DNA of 64,000 bases from an uncultured Oscillospiraceae bacterium (GCA_963652495.1 CAVJTU010000005.1:1982-65981), one strand, 5' to 3'. Numbered from the stretch's first letter, positions 49,705 to 59,623 are shown. Made by a program: numbers and translations. The notes: a model not told the origin generated them from the letters alone.

Positions 49705-50883
49705 TTACTCGTGTTCTACTCTCACGTTCTCCATCTGAATGCTGTCCGTATCCAGTACCGTCATTCCTTTTTTTGCCTTTAAATCAATATCCTTTAACAC
49801 AATATTTTTCAGCGGTTTTTCCGGAAGACCTTTTATCTGAATTGCCTGGTCTGCACCGCAGCCGTGTACACGCTCAATCGTAATGCCGTCCAACTCGGAT
49901 GGTGTGTCCGTAAGCGGCACTACCGTGCTGGATTCATAAAATGAATTGATCTGGATTGCCTGACGTGACGCATCGTTGATCTCAATATCGGAAAATGATG
50001 CATTCTTGATAAAGCCTCCTCTGCCGCGCATTGTCTTGATTCGTATGCCCTGCATCGTATTTTTCATGTTGCAATGCGATACATGAATGGATTCGACACC
50101 GCCGGATACTGCACTTCCAATTACAACGCCGCCGTGACCGCCGCTCATCGTGCAATTTCGGATCGTAATGTCTCTGCATACGCGTCCTACGCGCCAGCCA
50201 TCCTCGTTCATACCTGCATTGATTGCAATACAGTCATCACCTGTCTCAAAATGACAGCCTTCAATCAGAACGTCATTGCACGAATCCGGATTTAATCCAT
50301 CCGTATTTGGGCCCTTCGTGATGACATTTACATTGCGCACCGTTACATGCTCACAATATACAGGATGAATTGTCCACTGCGGGCCATCCTGTATCGTGAA
50401 GTCTGATAAGAGTACGTTGCTGCATCCGATAAATTGGATAAAGGACGGGCGAAGCGCTGCCTTTTCGGTTGCATAGACTCTGTTTTCGACAGGCACTCCA
50501 TTTGCCTGTGCATAACACAGCTCATTTGCTGCCGCCTGCTGCAGCTTTTTCCATGGCCACCACTTTTCTCCGCTTCCGTACAGCATACCGTCACCTGTTA
50601 TGCTGATATCCTCACACTGATACGCATAGATAAGAGGCGAATAATTGTAGCACTCAAGTCCCTCCCATCGTGTAAATACTGCCGGAAGATAATCCTCAAA
50701 TACATCGCTGAAAATAAGTTTTGCACCTGTCTCAAATCGGATATGGACATGGCTTTTTAAGTGGATTGGCCCTGTATGCCATTCGCCGATTGGGACGAGA
50801 ACAGTTCCACCTCCAGCTGTTGCACACGCATCAACTGCCATCTGTATTGTATCAAAATCTGTTATTTTATAATTGTTATTCAT
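49705..50883 (-). CDS. Glycoside hydrolase family 28 (polygalacturonase-like)
   Basis: NTDG, GDD, GHGG, RIK catalytic motifs. Confidence 0.93.
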   Translation of the reverse strand: MNNNYKITDFDTIQMAVDACATAGGGTVLVPIGEWHTGPIHLKSHVHIRFETGAKLIFSDVFEDYLPAVFTRWEGLECYNYSPLIYAYQCEDISITGDGMLYGSGEKWWPWKKLQQAAANELCYAQANGVPVENRVYATEKAALRPSFIQFIGCSNVLLSDFTIQDGPQWTIHPVYCEHVTVRNVNVITKGPNTDGLNPDSCNDVLIEGCHFETGDDCIAINAGMNEDGWRVGRVCRDITIRNCTMSGGHGGVVIGSAVSGGVESIHVSHCNMKNTMQGIRIKTMRGRGGFIKNASFSDIEINDASRQAIQINSFYESSTVVPLTDTPSELDGITIERVHGCGADQAIQIKGLPEKPLKNIVLKDIDLKAKKGMTVLDTDSIQMENVRVEHE

Positions 50884-51037
50884 AAAAACCTCCTGGCTGC
50901 ATTGCTTTCTTGTTCCGTATTTCTATTTTTCAAAATTTACTAAGCAAAAAAGGGCAGCTATTTTTTGTTTGATTTCATGTTATCATTTTTAGGGGATTTT
51001 TTTCTTTATTTATTGCTTTTTTATGATGCATTTTTCT

Positions 51038-51880
51038 TTATTTATTGTCTTTTTCGTTTTTCTCTTTTTGTTTGATTTGCATAGGCGTGGCAGCATATAT
51101 TTTTTCAAATGCACGCTCCATTGCTCCATAGTTGGCAAAACCTGATTTCTGCGCCGCCTGCTCTACGTTCATTCCAAGCATATTTAAATAATAGTATGCC
51201 TTTTGCGCTCGAACATGCATGAGATAATTCATGACAGAAATGCCCATATTCTTTTTAAATGAATGACTCAGATAATATTTATCAATGTGAGACTGCATTG
51301 CGATTTCATCCAATGTAAGCGATTTTTCATAATTATTATTTATATAGTCAACTGCGCATGCAAGCGTACCCGAAAGCCGGTGTGTCTGCGCTTCCTGCTC
51401 TTTGCAAAAATCGGCAACCCGTGAAAGAATCAATACAAGCTCACAGCAAAAGAGTTTTTCGTCCAACACATTTCTCTTCTTTTTTCGGCTGTATAAATCT
51501 TGAAATAATACCTCCATCTGCATGCTCTGTTCCTTTGTCAGCGTCATCACACCTGTATGAAGACCCGAAAGCAAGCTCTTTCCCTCATCACCCAGAACGG
51601 TTTCAAGATAATTTCCCTTAAAATTAACGGTATAACGCTCGTAGTAGGTCTGCTGCGCACTCTCACCATAATGGAGCTCATATGGAAGCATTACAGCAAT
51701 ATCACCTTTTTTTAACAGATATTGCGTATCCTTTAAAAAGAGAATACGGCTTCCATCTGCCTGAAAATAAATTTCATACCCTTCATGATAATGCTTCACT
51801 GTCATATCATGCGGTTCAACGCTTTTTACGTAACTGATATCAACGTTGCCATGCAATGAAATTCCCGTTCGTTTTTCCAT
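51038..51880 (-). CDS. AraC-family regulator with cupin sensor domain
   Basis: HYHEGYE..H cupin; YLSHSFKK..G, SGF..FEK..TP. Confidence 0.9.
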   Translation of the reverse strand: MEKRTGISLHGNVDISYVKSVEPHDMTVKHYHEGYEIYFQADGSRILFLKDTQYLLKKGDIAVMLPYELHYGESAQQTYYERYTVNFKGNYLETVLGDEGKSLLSGLHTGVMTLTKEQSMQMEVLFQDLYSRKKKRNVLDEKLFCCELVLILSRVADFCKEQEAQTHRLSGTLACAVDYINNNYEKSLTLDEIAMQSHIDKYYLSHSFKKNMGISVMNYLMHVRAQKAYYYLNMLGMNVEQAAQKSGFANYGAMERAFEKIYAATPMQIKQKEKNEKDNK

Positions 51881-52117
51881 ATATTCTCCATCAACTTTCC
51901 TGCTTCTTATATTTTTTACAAGTATAGCACAGCGTTCGATATTTTGCCAGCGAAAAAGGCTCTTTGCTTTATCATTCATACGAAAGGAAGGAAAAAAATA
52001 AAGCCGATACTGCATATCGCTACAGTACCGACCTTATTCTATTTATCAAACTATCACTAAAAAAGCCTCACAGAGGTGATTTTGCGAATGGTGTTCTGAA
52101 TCGTTACCAATCTTTTT

Positions 52118-52660
52118 TTAATAGTTTTCCTCATGGACCTCGAAGTAACTCTGCGGATGTGCGCATACCGGACAGACCTTCGGTGCCTTTGTTCCGACAA
52201 CGATATGTCCGCAGTTGCGGCACTCCCATACCTTTACTTCGCTCTTTTCAAATACCTGTGCTGTCTCGATGTTCTTAAGAAGTGCGCGATAACGCTCCTC
52301 ATGATGCTTCTCGATCGCGCCAACTGCACGGAATTTTGCTGCTAATGCCGGAAATCCCTCTTCTTCTGCAGTCTTTGCAAAGTCTTCATACATATCCGTC
52401 CACTCGTAGTTCTCGCCATCTGCTGCTGCCGCCAGATTTGCCTTGGTATCACCGATTCCGGCAAGCTCCTTAAACCACATCTTGGCATGCTCTTTCTCAT
52501 TCTCTGCTGTCTTTAAAAACAGTGCGGACATCTGCTCGTAGCCTTCCTTCTTTGCTACAGATGCAAAATACGTATACTTATTGCGGGCCTGTGACTCACC
52601 TGCGAATGCTTCCTGTAAGTTCTTCTCTGTCTGTGTTCCTGCGTATTTGTTTGCTGCCAT
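52118..52660 (-). CDS. rbr: Rubrerythrin
   Basis: [33 protein letters not shown]. Confidence 0.96.
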   Translation of the reverse strand: MAANKYAGTQTEKNLQEAFAGESQARNKYTYFASVAKKEGYEQMSALFLKTAENEKEHAKMWFKELAGIGDTKANLAAAADGENYEWTDMYEDFAKTAEEEGFPALAAKFRAVGAIEKHHEERYRALLKNIETAQVFEKSEVKVWECRNCGHIVVGTKAPKVCPVCAHPQSYFEVHEENY

Positions 52661-52702
52661 TGTTGTTTCCTCCGTTTTCTTTTCTAATATTTTTCTGACA
52701 AT

Positions 52703-53131
52703 TCATCCCACTACTTTAGAGTGAGAGACTACCTGCTGAGACTGCGCATCCCTGCAGGATGAACAAATTCCCTTAAAAAAAATATCGTAATCCAAAAATT
52801 GCATGCCTTGCATGTCACGAATTTTCTCTCTGAGATCCGGAAGTTCGTCTACATCTATGTCCACATCAAATATTTCCTTACACCTGATACATTTGACATG
52901 ATAATGGTTCTTCAACGTAAAGTCGAAGCGATCTGGTCCATCCGGAACCTCTACCTTTCGGATGGCGCCTTCCTCAACCAGAATTCCCAGATTTCGATAG
53001 ACTGTTCCCTTTCCAATTCTAGGATAATCCTTTTTAATAGATTCATACACTTCTTCAGCAGTCAAATGACGCTTCAATTTCAAAAGAGTTTTTAGAACTA
53101 AATCCTTTTGAATTGTATTTCGTCTTTCCAT
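52703..53131 (-). CDS. Fur-family repressor (PerR-like by context)
   Basis: HLTAEEVY, TVYRNL, HYH.KCIRC, CSSC; upstream of rbr. Confidence 0.9.
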   Translation of the reverse strand: MERRNTIQKDLVLKTLLKLKRHLTAEEVYESIKKDYPRIGKGTVYRNLGILVEEGAIRKVEVPDGPDRFDFTLKNHYHVKCIRCKEIFDVDIDVDELPDLREKIRDMQGMQFLDYDIFFKGICSSCRDAQSQQVVSHSKVVG

Positions 53132-53165
53132 TCGCCCTCCTTATTAGAATTTGTTCTTAATAAGG

Positions 53166-53194
53166 ATTATATTTCATTACAGCACCTTTGTCAA
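53166..53194 (-). promoter_or_regulatory. Consensus SigA promoter of fur-rbr
   Basis: TTGACA-17-TATAAT. Confidence 0.88.
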
Positions 53195-53231
53195 GCAAAA
53201 GAATTATAAAACTTCTTATTTTCCATTCCGC

Positions 53232-53402
53232 TTTCCAGCTCACTCGCGCCACTTCCAATTCGCAAAACCGCACGTTCCGTGCTTATCGCTGCTTCGCAGC
53301 TGTTTTGCTCATTGAGTGGCGCTCCCTTCGTCCGTGCAGTCTGGAAAATCCTCGTGCAAGCACGGGATTCTTCCAGACATGTACGGACGAGTGAGCTGGA
53401 AA
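53232..53402. repeat. 171-bp branched palindromic element with 15-bp perfect terminal inverted repeats
   Basis: tttccagctcactcg/cgagtgagctggaaa enclosing nested hairpins. Confidence 0.8.
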
Positions 53403-53453
53403 ACAAAAAAGCACCGACCCCAGAGCTCTTATGTCTCCAAAACCGGTACTTGA

Positions 53454-53526
53454 TGCGCCTCCAGGGGCTCGAACCCTGGACACCCTGATTAAGAGTCAGG
53501 TGCTCTACCAACTGAGCTAGAAGCGC
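53454..53526 (-). tRNA. tRNA-Lys(CTT), CCA not encoded
   Basis: GCGCTTC acceptor stem, TAGCTCAGTTGGTAGAGC D arm, CCTGA-CTCTTAA-TCAGG, GGTTCGAGCCC; promoter TTGACA-17-TAGTAT at 53586-53558. Confidence 0.98.
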
Positions 53527-53926
53527 TTATTTGTTCGTCACTCACGCGACATTCAGTATACTATCACAGTGCAATGGATTTGTCAACAGTTTTTTGAAAA
53601 AAATTGAAAAAATATTTTAAACATGCATTTTCGACAGTTTCGGCCCATGGAGTTGCTTTTTCACGGATTGTTTTTCTTTTCGCTGCCTTTGTTTTTTTTC
53701 GTTTCTTTCTCGTTATACCTCTTTCCATCAGAGCCGTTCCTTCTGCCGCAGCAGGCAAAAGGACAGTCTGCACATGCTTTGGCGGCAGTCTGAAAGCAGC
53801 GGTACAGGTGAAGGAGTGTGCAGTCAAAGAATGGACAACAGGTGTGGCGGATGATAAATTTACGAAATGGATGACAGCGCATAGAAATCTCCAGACAAAT
53901 ACTACTGTTACAGTATATGCAGTCAA

Positions 53927-54013
53927 GCGGATATTCGCAATCCGCTTCGCTGCGTAGCTCTGCACCGGATAGCTGCTTCACAGCTTATCAGGACTTACTT
54001 GATTCAGTTAAAA
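53927..54013 (+). repeat. Family A intermediate-length copy
   Basis: gcggatattcgcaatccgcttcgc..atagctgcttcacagcttatcagg-acttacttgattcagttaaaa. Confidence 0.85.
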
Positions 54014-54074
54014 AATATATGGGTAAAAATGAGTCGGAAAAAATGGAGACAGACGTATCAGTCTGTCCCCAACA

Positions 54075-54749
54075 TTATTCTATCGCGTTTGTATTCACAT
54101 TTTCTGTCTTTTCATGTACCGCTTCTAATTTATAGATCGGATTTCCTATGGCAGAAAACTTTGCCTCGTACTCAGTCATGATATTGCCTTTGGCAAACTC
54201 GCTGTGGTGCAGATCGCGCGTCTGCATAAGAAGTGTCCAACCGGATTCCTGAACAGATTCAAGGCTAAAGTCAAATAATGGCTGATTGTCTGTCTTAAAC
54301 TCAACGATACCGCCATCGACAAGAATCTGGTCATACAGCGCCAAAAAGCGGCTGCTTGTAAGACGACGCTTTGCATGGCGGTCCTTCGGCCATGGGTCGG
54401 AGAAGTTTAAGTAGATATGAGCGATTTCTCCCGGTGCAAAGATATCAGGAAGGTACTCGGCATCAAAGCGAAGAAACTTTAAATTGGGAAGCTGAAGTTC
54501 CTCCTGCTTTTCAATCGCGCGGATCAAAACAGAAGAGTACTTCTCGATTCCGATATAGTTAATATCGGGATGAAGTGCAGCAAGAGATGTGATAAACTGA
54601 CCTTTTCCCATGCCGACTTCGATAAAGACAGGGTGGTCATTGCCGAAGATTTCAGCGGCCACGCGTCCCTTATATTGCTGCGGCTCTTGAATCACGAACG
54701 GGTTCACTAACATTTCCTCGCGTGCGCCTCTGACATTGCGTAATCTCAT
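54075..54749 (-). CDS. trmB: tRNA (guanine-N7)-methyltransferase
   Basis: EVGMGKG, GIE, NFSDPWPK.RH.KRRL, FKTD, TEYE. Confidence 0.97.
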   Translation of the reverse strand: MRLRNVRGAREEMLVNPFVIQEPQQYKGRVAAEIFGNDHPVFIEVGMGKGQFITSLAALHPDINYIGIEKYSSVLIRAIEKQEELQLPNLKFLRFDAEYLPDIFAPGEIAHIYLNFSDPWPKDRHAKRRLTSSRFLALYDQILVDGGIVEFKTDNQPLFDFSLESVQESGWTLLMQTRDLHHSEFAKGNIMTEYEAKFSAIGNPIYKLEAVHEKTENVNTNAIE

Positions 54750-54759
54750 GGCAGCCCTC

Positions 54760-55383
54760 TCAGTCCTTCATGCGCTCTGCGACGATCGCTTCGATCATCT
54801 CTGCGCACTGCTGATAGGTATAACGGCTTGTATCAAGAACCAGATCATAATTTCTTGCATCCAGCCACTCTTTCCCGGTGAAATGCTTGTAGTAATCACT
54901 CCTATACTTATTCGTCTTTGCAATACGGTCTGCGGCATCCTTCTCGCTGCACTGCATGATCTCCATCTCATGAGCCAGACAATCTTTATAATTGGAATGA
55001 ACAAATACACGTACAAGATAAGGATAGTCCTTTAATACATAATCTCCGCCTCTTCCGATTACAATAAAAGAGTTATCTTTGATAAGTTCCTTCATAACCT
55101 TTGCTTGATAAGCAAATAAGTCATCATTTGTGGCATATTCGCTCTTCTCCGGCAGGATGTGCTCTCCATTGTAAACCCTCTTAAATGCATTAAACAGGGG
55201 ACTCTTTTTCATATCCTCATCGGCAGCTGCAAAGACAGCTTCATTAATACCGCTGTTTCCGGCAGCCAGACGAAGCAGCATGCGGTCATAATATTCGATT
55301 CCATAATGAGCAGAAAGAATCTTTGCAATGGAAGTACCGCCTGCACCGCAGGTTCTGGTAATTGTGACAGCAAAATGTTTCAT
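54760..55383 (-). CDS. Cytidylate kinase-like family protein (second paralog)
   Basis: VTITRTCGAGG, VIGRG, R..YY, YDLVLDT. Confidence 0.88.
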   Translation of the reverse strand: MKHFAVTITRTCGAGGTSIAKILSAHYGIEYYDRMLLRLAAGNSGINEAVFAAADEDMKKSPLFNAFKRVYNGEHILPEKSEYATNDDLFAYQAKVMKELIKDNSFIVIGRGGDYVLKDYPYLVRVFVHSNYKDCLAHEMEIMQCSEKDAADRIAKTNKYRSDYYKHFTGKEWLDARNYDLVLDTSRYTYQQCAEMIEAIVAERMKD

Positions 55384-55581
55384 AATACAAACCTCCCTCA
55401 TGTGAAATTTCTACCTATTAAAGTATATATGAAACATGCGTAAAAGTCAACGAAAGGCAAAAAAAGAGAAAGAAAATTGACAAAAAACAAATGATGAGTT
55501 TGGATTTTTTTTAAAACAATTCGACAATGACAAATTTATAACGATATACTATAATGGTGATGCAAAAAAGGAGGCATGCAT

Positions 55582-55893
55582 ATGAATCAGATCATTCAAA
55601 GATTAAGTGAAGTAGAAGCAGCTGCGACTTCAATTATTGATGAAGCTGCTGCAAAGAAAAAGCAGATGGCCAAAGACCAGGATGCCAGAATTGCAGCCTT
55701 TGAAAAGCAGGTTCATGAAGAGACTGACAAAAAGATCAGCGAGCAGCAGGCAGTGCTTGAGGCTAAGATCGAGGAAGAACTCAAGGCTCAGAAAGAAGAA
55801 CTTGAAAGACAGCTCGCCCACATGGATCGAACTTATGAGGAAAGCCATTCGGCGATCGCCAAGCAGCTGCTGGCAAAGATTACAGCACGATAA
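55582..55893 (+). CDS. V/A-type ATPase peripheral stalk subunit (G/H-like)
   Basis: Charged coiled coil, first gene of the operon, GGAGG RBS. Confidence 0.75.
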   Translation: MNQIIQRLSEVEAAATSIIDEAAAKKKQMAKDQDARIAAFEKQVHEETDKKISEQQAVLEAKIEEELKAQKEELERQLAHMDRTYEESHSAIAKQLLAKITAR

Positions 55894-55943
55894 GTTTTGC
55901 AGTACCATTTATTTATTGTGCCGAAAAAATCTTATGAAATGGG

Positions 55944-56999
55944 GTGATTACTATTTCTGGTATCTTATCTTACAGCGGTATCAGTGCAAAAGCCCGGGCC
56001 ATGGGAGGAAAGCTTCTGAACCGGGAACAGTATGAACAGTTAGCATCCTGTGCCAGTGTCGGAGAAGCAGTTGCCTATTTGAGGCAGTTTTCTGAATATG
56101 AGCCGCTGCTGAGGGACTTTGATGAGCATGACAGCCACAGAGGAATGATCGAGGCGACGCTCATGGGCTCGCTCTACAACGATTACAATCGTCTGTACAG
56201 CTTTGCCAGAGGTGAGCAGAGAGCATTTTTGGATTTTTACTTTCTGCACTATGAGGCAGCATATTTAAAAGGTTGCCTTAGAAAGGTCATTTCCGGTCAG
56301 AGTATCCCAGAGGATCAGGCATACCGCAGGGTGTTTTTTGAGCGTCATTCGCATCTGGACACGGATGTGATTGAGAACAGCACAACGGTGGACGAATTGA
56401 TAGAAGCGTTAAAGAATACGCCTTTTTTCTATCCGCTTGATGCAATACGCCATACCGAAGAGCCAAGCCTGTTTGACTATGAGGGCAGTCTTGACGTATT
56501 TTATTTTAGCTATGTCTGGAAGCAGAAGGATAAGCTTCTCAAAGGAAAAGAAAGACAGATCATTGCGGACAGCTATGGAAGACGTATCGATCTGCTGAAT
56601 ATCCAGTGGCTAATGCGTGCGAAGAAAAACTATCGGATGACAGCGCCAGAGCTGTATGCGATGGTGGTTCCGAGCTATTATCATTTAAAACCGGATGACA
56701 TCAAGGCCATCGTAGAGGCACCTTCCTATGAGGAAGCACGAGCGTTGATTGTAAATGGCTACTACGGTCAGAAATACGCAGACGATTTTGCTGAGATTCG
56801 TTCTGTGGAAAAGATGTACACCGAGCTGGTTGAGCATATTTATGAACTCGCCGGCAGAAAAAATCCATATTCAGTTGCACCGCTCAATGCGCTGCTGTAC
56901 CGCAAAGAGCATGAAATTACACGTATCACATCCATTATCGAGGGGATCCGCTATGGAATCCCATCATCTAAGCTGATGAAATATGCAGTAATGGAGTGA
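55944..56999 (+). CDS. ntpC: V/A-type ATPase subunit C
   Basis: AKARAM..KLL, IDLLNI..RAK, E..I..IIEGIRY; operon context. Confidence 0.88.
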   Translation: MITISGILSYSGISAKARAMGGKLLNREQYEQLASCASVGEAVAYLRQFSEYEPLLRDFDEHDSHRGMIEATLMGSLYNDYNRLYSFARGEQRAFLDFYFLHYEAAYLKGCLRKVISGQSIPEDQAYRRVFFERHSHLDTDVIENSTTVDELIEALKNTPFFYPLDAIRHTEEPSLFDYEGSLDVFYFSYVWKQKDKLLKGKERQIIADSYGRRIDLLNIQWLMRAKKNYRMTAPELYAMVVPSYYHLKPDDIKAIVEAPSYEEARALIVNGYYGQKYADDFAEIRSVEKMYTELVEHIYELAGRKNPYSVAPLNALLYRKEHEITRITSIIEGIRYGIPSSKLMKYAVME

Positions 57000-57116
57000 G
57001 CATGTGGTTGAAGCATGTGCAAAAAAAAGTAAGTCGATTGTAACGTTTGGCAAACCAACAGCACATATGAAGGTACTGAACAGTTACAGTTTATTTAGGA
57101 AAGTCGAGGGGTAACC

Positions 57117-59042
57117 ATGATAGAAAAAATGCAATTCTTAAGCATTACGGGACCCAAAGATGATATTGACAGAGCAATCGAGCAGCATTTGTCCAAGTAT
57201 GAGTTTCAGCTGGAAAGCACAATGACTGAGCTTTCCGAGACAGCCGGACTTAAGCCGTTCATTGAGATCAATCCGTATCGCGAGACTTTAAACAAAGCAG
57301 CCGCGCTGATGTCCGCAATGGGTGCTGAGGAGACAAAGACGGATGGTTCCATGGATGTAAAAGAGGCTGTTGAGTTGATTAACAGTGCAGATGCACAGAT
57401 CAAGGAAGCAGAAAAGGTTCTTGATAAGTTAAACAAGGACAAGGAAACTCTTCAGGAGTTAATGGATCAGATCACTCCGTTTAACAACCTCGGATATGAT
57501 ATTCACAAGCTGCTCGCATTTAAGTCCGTAAAGTACCGTTTCGGAAGAATACCGGTCGATTACGTGGACAAGCTTATGAAGTACACGTACGAAAATGTCA
57601 ATACGATCTTTTACGAATGCAATAAGGATCAGGATTATGTATGGGGCGTTTATTTCAGCCCGAAAAATGAGATCGCCAAGATTGATGCTGTTTATAAGGC
57701 ACTTCACTTTGAACGACTCCATCTCCCGGATGAGTATGAGGGTACTCCGGAGGAGGCGATGACGCGTCTGACAAAGAATATTACAGATCTGGAAGCGCAA
57801 ATAAAGAAAAAGCAGGGCGAGATCGATCATGTTCTTTCTTCAAAGAAGGATAAGATCCTTGCTGCAGTGGCAAAGCTTAAGAAATTCTCCAAAAACTTTG
57901 ATATCAGAAGACTGGCAGCAGTCACAGGTGCAAATAAGAAGAACTTCTATATCATTTGTTTCTGGATGACCGAGCGCGATGCAAAGAAGCTCCAGGCAGA
58001 GCTTGATTCTGATCCGAATGTGATCTGCATCGTACACGATGACAACAAGAAACGCGTCTCACAGCCGCCTGTAAAGCTTCGCAACCCGAAGCTGTTCAAG
58101 CCATATGAGATGTATATCCGTATGTATGGTCTTCCAAACTATAATGAGTTTGACCCGACCATCTTCGTCGCATTGACCTATTCCTTCATCTTCGGATGGA
58201 TGTTTGGTGATGTCGGACAGGGATTGCTGCTCGTCATTGGTGGATTTTTGCTGTATCACTTCAAGAAGATGAATCTTGCAGCCATCATCAGTATGGCTGG
58301 TGTGTTCTCCACCTTCTTTGGATTCATGTTCGGAAGTATTTTTGGTTTTGAGGATGTGATAGAACCGATATGGTTACGTCCAATGAGCAATATGACGGAT
58401 CTTCCGATGATCGGCCGACTGAATACGGTATTTATTGTAGCCGTGGCATTTGGTATGGGACTGATTCTTTTGACTATGGTAATTCACATTATCAATGCAG
58501 CGAAAAATCACAGTCTCGGTGATATGTGCTTCGATACAAACGGAATTGCCGGTCTGGTATTCTATGGACTGCTTGTATTTGCCATCGTGATGCTGATGAC
58601 AGGTCACAGCCTTCCGGGCGGCGCACTGCTTGTTGTATTGTTCATCATACCGCTCATCTGTATTGCATTTAAGGAGCAGCTGACCGATCTTTGTGAGAAG
58701 AAAAAACCGGCCGAGAAGACGGGTGCGGTTATGATCGTCGTACAGGCACTGTTCGAGCTGATCGAGGTACTTCTTAGCTACTTCTCAAATACCATCTCGT
58801 TCGTGCGTATCGGTGCATTCGCTGTCAGCCATGCAGCCATGATGGAGGTTGTCATGATGCTTGCAGGAGCAGAGAGCGGCACACCGAATATTTTAGTCGT
58901 TATTCTCGGAAACCTCTTTGTGTGCGGCATGGAGGGATTGATCGTTGGTATTCAGGTACTTCGTCTGGAATATTACGAGATGTTCTCCCGTTTCTACAAG
59001 GGCGATGGAAGAGAGTTCGAGCCATATAATGCAAAGCAGTAA
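57117..59042 (+). CDS. ntpI: V/A-type ATPase subunit I (a)
   Basis: YGLP.Y.EFDPT, MFGDVGQG, SNTISFVR, LRLEYYE. Confidence 0.95.
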   Translation: MIEKMQFLSITGPKDDIDRAIEQHLSKYEFQLESTMTELSETAGLKPFIEINPYRETLNKAAALMSAMGAEETKTDGSMDVKEAVELINSADAQIKEAEKVLDKLNKDKETLQELMDQITPFNNLGYDIHKLLAFKSVKYRFGRIPVDYVDKLMKYTYENVNTIFYECNKDQDYVWGVYFSPKNEIAKIDAVYKALHFERLHLPDEYEGTPEEAMTRLTKNITDLEAQIKKKQGEIDHVLSSKKDKILAAVAKLKKFSKNFDIRRLAAVTGANKKNFYIICFWMTERDAKKLQAELDSDPNVICIVHDDNKKRVSQPPVKLRNPKLFKPYEMYIRMYGLPNYNEFDPTIFVALTYSFIFGWMFGDVGQGLLLVIGGFLLYHFKKMNLAAIISMAGVFSTFFGFMFGSIFGFEDVIEPIWLRPMSNMTDLPMIGRLNTVFIVAVAFGMGLILLTMVIHIINAAKNHSLGDMCFDTNGIAGLVFYGLLVFAIVMLMTGHSLPGGALLVVLFIIPLICIAFKEQLTDLCEKKKPAEKTGAVMIVVQALFELIEVLLSYFSNTISFVRIGAFAVSHAAMMEVVMMLAGAESGTPNILVVILGNLFVCGMEGLIVGIQVLRLEYYEMFSRFYKGDGREFEPYNAKQ

Positions 59043-59132
59043 AATCAGAGTATTGAGAGAAACGATAAAGTTGAACTGTAAAGTCAGAGAAAAACACATT
59101 TACAAAGCAAAGATAAGAGGAGGATTTTCATC

Positions 59133-59570
59133 ATGTTAGTTAAAATCACATTATTTGCAGCACTGGTATTAAGCATCGTCGTTCCATTCGCATATTTCTT
59201 AAGCGGAACAAAGAATAAGGCACGTTATAAGCTCACAATTGGCACAAATGCAGCAGCATTCTTCGGCATTATGTTAGTCGCTTGCGGTTTCATGTTCAGC
59301 GGAAACGCACAGGCAGCTGAGACAGCAGCAGAGACTGTAAGCGCAGCAGGCGGTCTTTCCACAGGTATGGGTTATCTGGCAGCCGCTCTTGTAACCGGTC
59401 TTTCCTGTATCGGTGGCGGTATCGCCGTAGCAAGTGCAGCAAGCGCAGCATTAGGTGCAATCAGTGAGGATTCTTCCATTCTTGGTAAGTCCTTGATCTT
59501 CGTAGGTCTGGCAGAGGGTGTCTGCCTGTATGGTCTGATCATTTCCTTCATGATTCTTGGTCAGCTGTAA
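59133..59570 (+). CDS. ntpK: V/A-type ATPase proteolipid K (c)
   Basis: IGGGIAV..IFVGLAEGVCLYGL. Confidence 0.93.
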   Translation: MLVKITLFAALVLSIVVPFAYFLSGTKNKARYKLTIGTNAAAFFGIMLVACGFMFSGNAQAAETAAETVSAAGGLSTGMGYLAAALVTGLSCIGGGIAVASAASAALGAISEDSSILGKSLIFVGLAEGVCLYGLIISFMILGQL

Positions 59571-59584
59571 AAAGAGTAAATATT

Positions 59585-59623
59585 GTTCGCGAGTGGGCGC
59601 TTCGTAACAATTCCCCCGCGAGC
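59585..59623 (+). repeat. Family B minimal module
   Basis: gttcgcg-agtgggcgc-ttcgtaac..cgcgagc. Confidence 0.55.

Noticed and set aside
34750..53454. Island integrated at tRNA-Lys
   Set aside because: I found no duplicated tRNA 3' end and no integrase
53191..53511. ORFs over the tRNA and palindromic element
   Set aside because: Shadow frames of structured non-coding DNA
53564..53981. Overlapping 106-133 aa ORFs between tRNA-Lys and trmB
   Set aside because: No RBS or recognisable domain; they run through the tRNA promoter or a family A repeat. A decayed gene cannot be excluded.
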